Shown: positions 12,476-23,937, counted from the first letter of the stretch. The stretch is 64,000 bases of DNA from Octopus vulgaris (GCA_951406725.2 OX597834.1:2542001-2606000), one strand, 5' to 3'. The notes: a model not told the origin generated them from the letters alone. A program made the numbers and translations.

Positions 12476-15400
12476 ATGGCAACGAACCTGAAACTTATGA
12501 AGGAGATTAACGAGCAGTTTCTGGTGTGCAAGATCTGCTTCGAGGCGTACAAGAACCCCAAGACGTTGACGTGTCTGCACACCTTTTGCAGCAACTGCTT
12601 ACAGAAACATGTCGACTCCGAGCAGGAGAGAACCTCTCGTTACACGCTCTACTCACGCCACGTTTATTGTCCAATATGCCGTAAGAAGACGGAGATACCG
12701 ACCGGAGGAATCCGGAGGTTACCGGATAACTTTCTGGTTTCCAACCTCACAGACGTTCTCAATCGGTTGAAGACTACAAAAGTGCAGCCCTGTGAGATTT
12801 GTCACACCGTGCGTAGCAGAAGCAATGAGGCGTGTTCGAAGTGCTTGGAATGTTCCAAACTGATGTGTAAGTCATGCGTGAAGCTTCATATGACCACGAA
12901 AGTAACGCAGAACCATAGTTTGTTTGATTTAGAAGGGGAGAAGGACATTGAATGTAAAGCTCATTCCGGGGAGATTGTGCGCTTCTATTGCGAACCTTGT
13001 GATGAATGTATTTGTGTGGTTTGCACATTCCAAGAACACCGTGACCACGAAATATGCTCGTTCAACGAGGGTTCAGCCAAATATAAATCGACCATCGAAA
13101 ACTTACTTAGTCATGGTAAAGACCGCTTGATTGATTTACGAATGAAATTGGGGATGATCAATAAGTGTGAAGGGGCCTTAAAGGATACCAGGGAACGCAT
13201 ACGAGACTTAGCCATCAGTTATATATCGCAAGTTCGCCAAACAGAGAAACAACTTCTGCAGAAAGTAGACGCCATGTTTGGAGATGAGATTCTTGATTTT
13301 CTCGAAAATAAATCCTGGCTTCAGGAAAACTTCGATAATTTACAGAATACTTGCAGCCTGGCTGAGATCATCGTCAAAGATAAAGGAATTGAAATTCTTC
13401 TTCTCAAAAAAGAACTCCAAAAGAAACTGGATGTCTTACTGCAACCGGATTTACCGGAAGTTCCACAACATTTGGCAACTAATATAAAGTTTGTACCTGG
13501 CTTCGTTAAGTTGGGCCACATCAGTGTTCCGGGCCGAGAAGAAGAAGATATGAACATCACCAGCGAAAAAGAAGCGAATTGTTCAGCGTTTAATCGGTCG
13601 ATGAGGTCTGAGATGAAACATATCGATATGCAGACCGATTGTGTGACATCGATGACAAGTTCCACCACAATGTCGACCGATGTTAACCGGGGAACTGCAG
13701 CCTCGCAGACGGCGAAAATAGAAACGGTGAATCGGTTGGCTGGCACCGATACCAACCACACAAGAGATAAATCGACGGAAGTCTATTGGATTGATCCAAA
13801 GTCACGTGGAACAATGACTGACCCACCACAGAGTCGGTCAAGGAGGAGTCAGACGTATTTGAATGACGATGCAAATATTACATCGATCTGCGAGACTTTG
13901 AAGAAGAATGTCACCACTGAATCAAAATCCATGGAAACGGAAGTGAGTATATCGTCTCTCGATGACGTCAGTACTGAAGATCTGCTGCTGCTGCAACGAG
14001 CCAAAAAATCTGGTTTGGAAATACAAAGTCTTTTATCTCCTTCACGAGGTCCAGCAGACAAACAGCCGGCCAGAACTGAAGAAAAAGGTATTGGAGAGGG
14101 TTCAGTTCTCACAAGCTGTGCGTCGATCAATACGGACAAGGTATTGATTTGTGACCGTAGGGTTAGTTCGCATCTTTCGCATGACTCCGGGTCTTGCAGT
14201 CCTGTCGTCGACAGAAAATCTCGCAGACTCAGCGCCGATATCCTTGCTTTGCAGCAGAAGTTTTCTGAACCTCACGTGCCTCGCTATCAAGATAGTGGCA
14301 AATCTTCCCCTCCATCTCCCAGCACGCCCCCAACCCCGACACGGTCATCTGGGCGTGGAAGTCCAGAGAGCACCCACTCTCGCAACGGTCAGAAAGAGAC
14401 GAGAAACATGGAAACTGATACTTCATCTTTACTCTCGTCACAGATTACCACCCAGGGAACATCTACGGATGCAGTGAAAACGGCCAGTGCCTCGAGCGAG
14501 GTCAAACCGACCACTAATTCGGTGGGGATCAGTGTCAGACCGAACTATAAAGACACTGGAACCGGTGACCAAATACTCACCTTAGAGGAGAAAGTATTTG
14601 TTGACGGTGAGACGTCTCCAATAAATGATTTGCCTGGAATTCTATTCGAAGACATTGAAGGATCCACAAATCGTTGCTTGTCGGCCACATCGGCATCGAA
14701 ACGGTCATCCAGCTGTTTTAGCGACGTTTGCACCGAAACAGAATCGCTAAAGATGAGGGATTCGCAGACTCTGACGTCAGTGTTAAAGACGGTCGATAAC
14801 TGGACACTGACGGACCGCACAGAATTCATCAACACCGCCACATCACCCATCTTAATACCGATGTGTGAAGTCGGAGTTTCAACGCTGAATCCGGTGCTCG
14901 TCAGTCAAGGAATGTCGACGGAGGCGGTGGAGCATGCCGACTGCCAAACTGAAACCAGTATATTCACACAGGACAGTGAGACGTTGACTGACAGAGTGAT
15001 CTCTACTGATGCACAGACCAACATCCACATCCACAGTGAGGACAGTCAAACGTGGATCGATTGCAGCACGCAATCGGAGACGGGAACCATGACGGAGACA
15101 GATGCAGGGACCAGCACCATTGAAGATTTTTTACTTTTAGCCGAAGGGGAACCGAGCGGAGATATAGCTAACATATCGGAGGTTATTGATTCCGACCAAG
15201 GGGCCAGCGAGGACGATATTTTCTTCGAACTTACAGAAGACGATGACGATCGAATGATGCACCAGTGTGTTCGAGGCTGGAATAATACGATGACTTTGCT
15301 GGAATCAATGGAGAACCACAACACGTCCCTTTGTAACAAGTGCTGTCTCCAGAAACCCGTTGAAGTGGCGCATAGGGCCACGATGTCGTCGCCCACCCTG

Positions 15401-17986
15401 ACTCACGATCAAGGGACTATGGTTCTATCCTTCAACACGGCACTAACAGAGTTCACTGACCGCAATGTCCAAACCATTCAGACCGCCGTGGCGGACAAGT
15501 CGATCGAAGCAGCTTTCAGCGACCCTCCGGGAAACTCGAACCTGGTCGCTGCCGAATGCAACGACGTTGCAACTTCGACCGAGTCGCTCGCCTACATGGG
15601 TCTGATGAGTGAGGTCGACATCAACGACCTCTATCTCTTGCCCGACTCGGCGTTCGATTTGCACTCGGATACAGATACGGCCAACTCCGAGTACGATTCG
15701 GACACACAGATCGAGATGGTGGACAGCGAGACTTCTATGGAGAATAGTCAGAGTGTTGAGGCTGGCACTCAAACTCCGATGATCACTGAGTGTGAAGGGC
15801 AATCACTGGGTCAGGAACCGGACCCACAGACGTTGTTGCAGATGATAAACGATGATGATTCGAAACATCTAGTGAGTATAGGGGTAAATACCATGCGTAA
15901 GGTAACCTATGAAAAGGAGACTAGCACACAGTCACGATATCTCTTTTCCAAAGGAACCATGACTTTCTATTTGAATAAATCAGATAAATCAACCGGTTCC
16001 AACAGGTCTTCGATCGCTTCCAGGAACAGCTTACTGATCGATCGTGTGGACAAGGACACAATGACATGCAGTGGTGGTACAAGTGAGAAGGGAGTTTCCA
16101 CTGACTCATCACAGCTCAATGAACAGGTAGCGGCTTGTATCAACAAGTTGAAAAATGTTCGCGATAAACTACAGAGCCCTACTTCGAAACAGGCCCCTGA
16201 GATTGGGGAACTGTCGCCGAAATCGTTGGCCAGAAAAAACAAGCCCGAGTTGAAAGACTTACTGGGGTCTACCAGCACCACCGAGTCAAGCAGCGTTGAC
16301 TCGGTTGGAACTGTTTCTGCGACGACATCAGGTTCCGAACCCTGTTCTCTGACGACCCCAACAACAACAACAAGACCAAAAAGTTCTTTATTTTCGTCTC
16401 CGTTGTTAGCGTTTTCTTCAACACCAACTTCGGTGACGTCATCAGGACATGGCGACAATAAACATTCGAGCTGTCCCGCAGCAGCAACGACGGCGTCAGC
16501 AACGGCGATAACAATGAGTTGCAGTGTCGGCTGTTCAACGACTTTATTAACAACGATGGCTTCGTCAAACAACACAATGTCCACGTCACTGTCGTCTGCT
16601 TCGCCATTGAGCGATAATCAACGAATCAGCGAGAGAACCACAACTCGAAAAGCGCAGCCAATCACCACATTAAAATGTAGATACAAAGACGTCAATGCCG
16701 CTGCCAATGGCCTCGATAAAAGCCAGACTCTTCCGCGTCAGTTTAGTGCACCAACTAATGATCTGCAGTTACAACAACAACAACAGCAACTACAACAACA
16801 ACAACTGCAACAACAACAAGCTGGTTTATTAAATTCTTCTCCAAGTCGTCTGCCTTTGTTGCGGTACAACTCGGCACCCGGAAAAATTGTCACAGTTCCC
16901 AAACACGCCCCCCCTAAAGATCTTAGTGTCTCCCCACAAACCTCGCCAAAGTCCACAAGTAAAATACCAACGACCAGGAAACTTAACGAATCCCAGAAAG
17001 ACACTATAAAAGATTACTACACAATAACTAATGCAAAACCAACAAACCAGCTACCATCGCTACCGGCAATCACTGAGACTCGAACCCCGCCCGGCTGTTC
17101 AGACCCTTCTGACTTGACTACCATGTCAAACTGTTATTCGAACTCCATGTCAGATTCATGCCCAGCACAAACCTTCTCCACTTTGTCTCCTACCTGTACA
17201 TCTCTGACCGCTGACGACACTTCTGTCGAGCCAGCCTCTCCAGCTACCGGCAAAAGGAACACGTTAGCGACACCAGATAGTCCATGTATAAGCGGCAGTA
17301 GTAGAGAATGTTCCCCTCAGACCCGGAAAACTGGCTTCATGCAGCGACTTCTCACTCGAAAACCAAAGAAAGACACTTCAAATGATTCCAGCAAAAGGCA
17401 ACAACGTCACCACCAGCGACCAGATTCTTCACCTGCCTCCGTATCGACATCGTCCAGTTCTTCAGCTCTGTCTATCAATGATTCCAAAAGTGCTACACCT
17501 TCTCCGAAGTCGCCACCAAAAAGCGGTCTGAGAGTGGGCAAGAAAGCCATGTCACCATCGCCAACATCGTCCTCAAAGACGTCAAGCACCAACGCCAATA
17601 CCAACAGACCTACAAGTGCCATTAATATGACGAACTCCGCGTCTCCGGCTTCCTCTGCGCAAGCAGCGGACGATAAAACGGCCAAATCGAAGAAAAGCCG
17701 TCCGTTTGTCTACATGCGACAGAGAATATTTTCGATCCAACACGATAACGAAGACAGTCCGGAGAGGAAGGCACGAGCGTTGGAACGTCAGAAGAAAACT
17801 GAGAAGAAGACGGAAAAGAAAAAAACAGGTTCGAGTGCAACTGACGGTAGCAACAGTAGCAGCAGTCCTGGTCTGAGAAGAGATCGATGTGAAGGAAACG
17901 GTAAAAATGGTCAGGGTCTGATCAAAACGAACGGAGAAGCGAATTTGTTGACGGTGGAAGGGCAATCATTTGCTGATGTGTGCTGA
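12476..17986 (+). CDS. TRIM/RBCC E3 ubiquitin ligase (RING, B-box1, B-box2, coiled coil; TRIM56/TRIM2-3/TRIM45-like N-terminus) with a ~1480-aa Ser/Thr-rich disordered tail; single coding exon
   Basis: Uninterrupted 1836-aa ORF with no microsatellite origin. RING: CKIC..CLHTFCSNC..CPIC followed by the LPDNF motif. B-box1: CEIC..CSKCLECSKLMCKSCVKLH. B-box2: CKAH..FYCEPCDECICVVC..EHRDH. Helical coiled-coil region to ~aa 330. Start context actATGG with an in-frame TGA 9 nt upstream. No filamin, NHL or SPRY domain recognisable. Confidence 0.95.
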   Translation: MATNLKLMKEINEQFLVCKICFEAYKNPKTLTCLHTFCSNCLQKHVDSEQERTSRYTLYSRHVYCPICRKKTEIPTGGIRRLPDNFLVSNLTDVLNRLKTTKVQPCEICHTVRSRSNEACSKCLECSKLMCKSCVKLHMTTKVTQNHSLFDLEGEKDIECKAHSGEIVRFYCEPCDECICVVCTFQEHRDHEICSFNEGSAKYKSTIENLLSHGKDRLIDLRMKLGMINKCEGALKDTRERIRDLAISYISQVRQTEKQLLQKVDAMFGDEILDFLENKSWLQENFDNLQNTCSLAEIIVKDKGIEILLLKKELQKKLDVLLQPDLPEVPQHLATNIKFVPGFVKLGHISVPGREEEDMNITSEKEANCSAFNRSMRSEMKHIDMQTDCVTSMTSSTTMSTDVNRGTAASQTAKIETVNRLAGTDTNHTRDKSTEVYWIDPKSRGTMTDPPQSRSRRSQTYLNDDANITSICETLKKNVTTESKSMETEVSISSLDDVSTEDLLLLQRAKKSGLEIQSLLSPSRGPADKQPARTEEKGIGEGSVLTSCASINTDKVLICDRRVSSHLSHDSGSCSPVVDRKSRRLSADILALQQKFSEPHVPRYQDSGKSSPPSPSTPPTPTRSSGRGSPESTHSRNGQKETRNMETDTSSLLSSQITTQGTSTDAVKTASASSEVKPTTNSVGISVRPNYKDTGTGDQILTLEEKVFVDGETSPINDLPGILFEDIEGSTNRCLSATSASKRSSSCFSDVCTETESLKMRDSQTLTSVLKTVDNWTLTDRTEFINTATSPILIPMCEVGVSTLNPVLVSQGMSTEAVEHADCQTETSIFTQDSETLTDRVISTDAQTNIHIHSEDSQTWIDCSTQSETGTMTETDAGTSTIEDFLLLAEGEPSGDIANISEVIDSDQGASEDDIFFELTEDDDDRMMHQCVRGWNNTMTLLESMENHNTSLCNKCCLQKPVEVAHRATMSSPTLTHDQGTMVLSFNTALTEFTDRNVQTIQTAVADKSIEAAFSDPPGNSNLVAAECNDVATSTESLAYMGLMSEVDINDLYLLPDSAFDLHSDTDTANSEYDSDTQIEMVDSETSMENSQSVEAGTQTPMITECEGQSLGQEPDPQTLLQMINDDDSKHLVSIGVNTMRKVTYEKETSTQSRYLFSKGTMTFYLNKSDKSTGSNRSSIASRNSLLIDRVDKDTMTCSGGTSEKGVSTDSSQLNEQVAACINKLKNVRDKLQSPTSKQAPEIGELSPKSLARKNKPELKDLLGSTSTTESSSVDSVGTVSATTSGSEPCSLTTPTTTTRPKSSLFSSPLLAFSSTPTSVTSSGHGDNKHSSCPAAATTASATAITMSCSVGCSTTLLTTMASSNNTMSTSLSSASPLSDNQRISERTTTRKAQPITTLKCRYKDVNAAANGLDKSQTLPRQFSAPTNDLQLQQQQQQLQQQQLQQQQAGLLNSSPSRLPLLRYNSAPGKIVTVPKHAPPKDLSVSPQTSPKSTSKIPTTRKLNESQKDTIKDYYTITNAKPTNQLPSLPAITETRTPPGCSDPSDLTTMSNCYSNSMSDSCPAQTFSTLSPTCTSLTADDTSVEPASPATGKRNTLATPDSPCISGSSRECSPQTRKTGFMQRLLTRKPKKDTSNDSSKRQQRHHQRPDSSPASVSTSSSSSALSINDSKSATPSPKSPPKSGLRVGKKAMSPSPTSSSKTSSTNANTNRPTSAINMTNSASPASSAQAADDKTAKSKKSRPFVYMRQRIFSIQHDNEDSPERKARALERQKKTEKKTEKKKTGSSATDGSNSSSSPGLRRDRCEGNGKNGQGLIKTNGEANLLTVEGQSFADVC

Positions 17987-18574
17987 GAACTTATACATTT
18001 ATAGATGCATATACACATAGATGCATGCATGCATACAACATATAATATATATATATATGTATGTATGTATATAAAATGAAAATAGTGATGATAAAGGACG
18101 ATAAAAGTTGTAGTAACAATATTTATATTGATGATGATGATGATGATGATGGTTACACGAAGAGAGATACCGAAGGAATAGTTCCGTGTCTGCTTCCTCT
18201 GACTCCATTTTCACACAGACGACGTTACAAGGTGAAGTGTCATACGACAGTCAGTGCGGGGTGGGAGGGGTGGGGCTTCGTTAGCATATCTAACTGAAAA
18301 CCTGGAAGAAGGAAGAGGGGGAGGAGAAGGGAGAGGAAGAGTTGAAGGGAGAGAGGGAGAAGAAGGAGATATTGAGACAGAGAAGCCGGTAAGACGTGTC
18401 GGTCATGGTGGAATAGATCATTTCTAAATGTTACTATGACCACCCCTAGTAAGACTTGAACCCGGCACTGTGAGATATTGAAATATTACAGTGTAGCGAC
18501 ATTATCGTCGCCACCATACCATCGACATCAGTACTCTATCCAGAGCAATTGCACTCAGTCTCCCACTGAATAGG

Positions 18575-18925
18575 GATATATCATGCGACACTCATCCATG
18601 TGGTGTTCAACCATGTGGGAATGTGCACCATGGAATTTTGTATTGTGGTATTTTAACATGTGGTACCAGACCATTTGGTACTGTATCATGTGCTATGATA
18701 ACTTGCGGTATTATTCCATGTGGCCTTCTACTATACAGTATTATAACATGTAGTAGTATACCGTGTGGAAACGGACCATATACCATAGTACCGTGTGGTA
18801 CTATAAAAATATTGTGTTGTACCATGTGCTGTATTGTACCATGCGGTGTGATAACATGTATAATAGCACCATGTAGTACTGTATTACGGGATACCGTACC
18901 ATGTGAAATTCTATGTTGGAATATT
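18575..18925. repeat. Degenerate 15-bp minisatellite, consensus ~TGTGGTATTGTACCA, about 22 units
   Basis: Recurrent ACCATGTGGTA junctions at 15-nt spacing; translates as C-G-I-[IV]-P pentapeptides. Confidence 0.8.
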
Positions 18926-19842
18926 CTGCTGCAACATGGCGGTCGATTGGCAGAATCGCCAGAACGTCGAACAAAATGCTTTATTTGTTCCGACTTTCTG
19001 CGTTTCGAGTTCGAAACCCGCTGCAGTCAATTTTGTTTTTTATCCTCTCGGGGTCAAAAAAAAAAAAAAAGGACAGATTCATAACTGAGTGTCAGCCTGT
19101 CTCTCGCTCCAGCACTCACATTCTGGGAGTTCAGCTGGGTTAAATGAGGGAGGACTGAGAAGATATCGATCTCGATTTGTGCTCCCCACTTCATGAAACG
19201 AAGAATGGAGTACGCGATTCCACCCAGGTGGTATTCTACCCTGCTATTCTACCCAATGGCCGGCGGTATTTTAGTGGAGTGTCTTTACCATGGACATAAC
19301 ACAGGGTACGATCCACAGCTCTCCCTCTCCGACACTCTTTCTTCTCCCCTACCCCTCCTCCTCTTTTTCTGCTTGCTGAGTGTTCATAAATCTTACACAT
19401 AAATCTTCACCAGACAGTCAGCCATCCGTGCCAACCTCTACATTTCATATTATTGTGCCAAATATTTCTGTGGGACGTTGTAAAACTAAAACAAGGCAAC
19501 AAATTATTCGTTAATGATTTGCTGTTGTTGTTATTGTTGTTGCGGTTGCTATTGTTGTTGTTCTTTTCAATTTACGGATCGTCCACTTCTCCCTTCTCAA
19601 CATACATTGAGTAACTGAAGGCACGACGAAGCTGCAACCTCCTCAGCCGTCGAAACTACTCGATACTCACCAATAAGTTCGGGAGGGGCATGAAGCCCAC
19701 CGATTCTCATTCCTCTACACGAAGTAAATATACGTGAGACGTATTCGGTCATATCTTTTAGAAATATGTTTCAAAAGAAAAAGGAAAAAATAACATACAT
19801 TAAGCACAAATACACACACGATACGTACACACACACACACAC

Positions 19843-19873
<31 letters not shown>

Positions 19874-20020
19874 TGTGTGTGTGTGTGTATGCATGTATAT
19901 ATATATATATATATATATACATACACATATGTATACATATATATATATATATATACATATATATATTATCTTATATATATATATATATATGTATGTATAT
20001 ATATGTATATATCTATATAC

Positions 20021-20078
<58 letters not shown>

Positions 20079-20208
20079 TAAAATAACTTCGTTTTCTTGA
20101 TGCTTTAAAACATGTAGCATGAAATCGTGCTTTGAAACATGTAGCATGAAAAGATGATACATGTGCCTCTGGTTTTATAAGCGAGGTGACATTTCACCAT
20201 TATACACC

Positions 20209-20264
<56 letters not shown>

Positions 20265-20291
20265 GTATGTATATATATATATGTATGTGTG

Positions 20292-20343
<52 letters not shown>

Positions 20344-21672
20344 CACACACACTTTATATAACCAAGATACTTCTCGAAATGAACCTCTTCAAGGAATTTA
20401 TTTAAAATAAACAATCAAGGTACACAAAAAGTAAAGAAAAAAAACTTGCATTACGGCATCACCACCACAACAACATTAACATCAACAACACAAATTAGAA
20501 CAACAAGAATCGCACCAAACATGGTTAGGGTTGTGCTTTAATCTCAATTTTTTTTTCGTATTTTTAAAAATAATCTTTAGAGATGTTTCTAAATTCTAAA
20601 CAAAAGAAAATTGTTTATTTTCGTCGTAAGGAAATCGTTTGTTTCATCCTCCGTTTCGTGATTCTAGATAAACGTGACAAGTTTATATCACTAGTAAGAC
20701 AAATACAGAGTGGTGTAGACAGGATAGCAAGGACGAGACCTATATATATATATGTATATATATATATAAGTGTATAAGGGATAGATAGAGGGGTGTGTGT
20801 ATGGAGTGTGTGAGTATATGGAAAGAGGGATATCTAGAGTTTAAAGAAAACGATAGATAGATCGATGCTCTTAAAATTAGTACCCCGCCCCTTACCTATC
20901 CCAGTAAAACGTGGGTTAGAGAACGTTAGGAGGAAGAACCGCAGGCGATTGTCACTTGCTAACATATATATTTATATATATATGTATATATATATATATG
21001 TGTATATATATGTATATATATATATAGTGTATGTGCTTATGTGTGTATATATTTATACACATATTAAACACGCTGTATATGCTATAATGAATTATACGCG
21101 GGCATGTTGCGTTCGCACACCTATTTAAATCAATTCTACGCACAGAAATGCAATCATGAATATCAGACAGAGAAATGCACATAAACACATTTATCCTTAT
21201 AAGCTTAGCTGCGCACAAACACAATTCACCCCCCCCACACACACATAATCAAACAGGCACCTTTGTATACATAGGAATATGTACATATATACACACACAA
21301 CTGTTTTATACTCCTGTTATGACAATCACGTGTTTGACGTTACCATGGATATTACAATATGAAGAAAATCGATGACCGGAAGCGATGAAGAGGCCGGAAG
21401 TTTGAGAGAAGCCATTGGATAACTTACATCGAGGCAGCCCTTCTCCATTTGGGGTGAAGTATCCCCTGGATATATCATCGTGGGATTGTATCAAGACGAA
21501 GGTGAGTGGTGAGATGTTTAATGCCCTTGTTTCTGTGATGTTGTGACGTTCATGCAGTTCTTGTAGAGCCGAGTGAGGCAGTTCTTTTGGTTCTCAATTC
21601 TTTTTATCTTTTACCTGCGTTTTGTCAAGTTTGTCGTCGTCGTTATCGTCATCGTCATCATCATCGTCGTCA

Positions 21673-21703
<31 letters not shown>

Positions 21704-21945
21704 TATCGTCATCATCATCATCGTCGTCGTCGTCATCAGAGTCGCACCAATCATATTCATTATGGTATTAAGTTACGTTCCTGGCAACAACTTATTCATT
21801 GTTGTTAAAAGAAATATCTGAGGAGCGGGGGCTGCTTTGTCTTTTACTGGTTTGATTAGATAAAGGACAGCGTTCTTCACTTTTTCTGATTAGGGCCTTC
21901 GACCCTGGCAGCAGAAAGGGCAGAATGGTATTTTCTCGGATTAGC

Positions 21946-22009
<64 letters not shown>

Positions 22010-22811
22010 CGAATTACTTACAGTAGAGTGGACCCTAGTAAACCCATCCTAGGTTTTAATGATAAGGTTTTTAAACCGGGCGGTGGTTTGATGAATTGGA
22101 AGCGAGGAACAGATCCTTTGTCCATTTTCAGGATCTCAAAGACTCAAGTGGAGGAGTTCTATAAAGGTCGCAGATTCGGTTCTGTTTGTAGTGTTACTAC
22201 GATTGTTATATCTAGAAAGTTCGACACAGTTGGCATATTCAGTTTGTGTGTGGTGTGTGATGTATTGTTGCTGGGACTTCGAAGGAATTCTCGTCTTAGA
22301 TTTTATACAATTGGTTTGTTATTCGATTCAAATTCTTTAATCACTCAGTTCTCTCCAGCAACCCCCATCTCTCTTCCTGTCCCCTCTCTCTCTCCTGCCA
22401 GTCAGAACAATGTCACCCTCACCGATTGGACATTTGTCAATATGTGGAGCTTTTTTTTAACTGGAAGTTTTATCGTTGACTCATAATGGCACCCTCAATA
22501 TAGGTGCCTGACAGCGCATCTGTACCCTTGTCTCATAAAGGTACCTTTAATATAGATCTCAAACACTGCCTTTCATTAGCTTCCAGCCTGCGACTATCAT
22601 CAGATTTCAAACTCCAGATTTCCAAGTCGTAGGTTCTGATTTCAAAGAAACGTGGGCGTTGTTCCAGTCTCATGTGATGGGTTTACGGGTTGAAAGCCCA
22701 ACCAATTCAGATTGCATCTCTTACACTTTCAAACGTTGTAGATGTTGGTTTGACCTGTCTTTCCATATCTTTGAAATTATTTGGTTCCATAGAGCTGAAA
22801 AAGCAAACACT

Positions 22812-22958
22812 GTATGGTTGTGTGGTAAGAAGTTTGCTTCCCAACCACATGGTTCCGGGTTCAATCCCATTGTGCAGCTCATTGGACAAGTGTCTTCTAG
22901 TATGGCCCCGTGTCAAGCAATGCCTTGTGAGTGGATTTGGCAGATGGAAACCCGTTGT

Positions 22959-22995
<37 letters not shown>

Positions 22996-23210
22996 TGTGT
23001 GTGTGAGTTTGTGTCTGTGTTCCCCCCCCCCCACCCATCGTTTGACAACTGGTTCTGGTTTTTGTACGTCCCCGTAACTTAGCGGCTCGGCAAAAGAGAC
23101 GGATAGAATAAGTACCAGGTTTTAAAAAATGCTACTGGGGTCAATCTGTTCAACTAAACCCTTCAAGGTGGTGCCCCAGCATGGCCACAGTCCAATGACT
23201 GAAATAAGCA
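22812..23210 (+). mobile_element. Family A SINE
   Basis: Head GGTTGTGTGGTAAGAAGTTTGCTTCCCAACCACATGGTTCCGGGTTCAATCCC, internal (CA)n/(TG)n, family 3' end. Confidence 0.85.
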
Positions 23211-23379
23211 AAATATATTCTACTTCACAACAATCCAGTGGAATCAGCATTTTGCTAAATCAGAGCCCCCCCCCCCCCTTAAGACCATTTCTGTCTACAC
23301 ACTGTCTTTGAATTTGGTTTTTCTCTTTAATGAATATTTCTAAAATGTCCGTGGATGTTAGGGTTGTGTCGCCGGTGTA

Positions 23380-23937
23380 TCTAGGAGAAGAGGAAATAAC
23401 CACTCTGAAATGCAGGCATTCCACAGTTTGGGAAGGGGATGCTGTCGGCTGATTCAGTCCATTTACACCTATTTCTCTACTGCGAGAAATTTTCTCCGTG
23501 ACTAAATACAGAGACTGACTTTCTTACGGATTCAAATATGCTTCAAGCACATTTGAATTGGTAACGAGTTGGTATTTAGTCACTTCACTGCTTACTGCTG
23601 TCACGCTGTATTTTATTAATTTTATTTATAGCGAAACCAGTCATTGAACGATGACATCAATATCATAAGAGGGATCTGTCTCTTGAGTCAGTTGACAGTG
23701 CCTGCTTTTTCAGTATCTGCTGCTGATCAGGAGATAACCACTCCGAAATGCAGGCATTCCACAGTCTGGATACTGTGATGTTGTGGGTTGACTCAGTGCA
23801 TTTACACCTATCTGCCTGTCTACTGGGAGATATTTTCTTCATGACAAAGTGAATAGCTTTCTTAGGGTTTCAAGTATATTTGAAGAGGTAACAAGTTTGT
23901 ATTTGTACACATCACTGCTTAATGGTGTCACCCTGTA
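23380..23937 (+). repeat. Diverged ~338-bp-period direct repeat; each unit begins with a hammerhead-like motif
   Basis: ATAACCACTC(T/C)GAAATGCAGGCATTCCACAGT at 23396 and 23734; similarity continues for ~200 bp to GTCAC(G/C)CTGTA. Confidence 0.75.

Noticed and set aside
12774-17965. Antisense and alternate-frame ORFs inside the TRIM gene
   Set aside because: Shadow ORFs with no recognisable motifs.
19605-19670. Hammerhead-like TGAGTA-A-CTGAAGG..GACG..CGTC-GAAAC..TACTCA
   Set aside because: Stems are suggestive, but the core has extra bases and no UH cleavage site can be placed.
21365-21550. Coding-looking GC-balanced island with a GTGAGT donor-like site
   Set aside because: Short frames interrupted by stops, no motif recognised, no clear acceptor.
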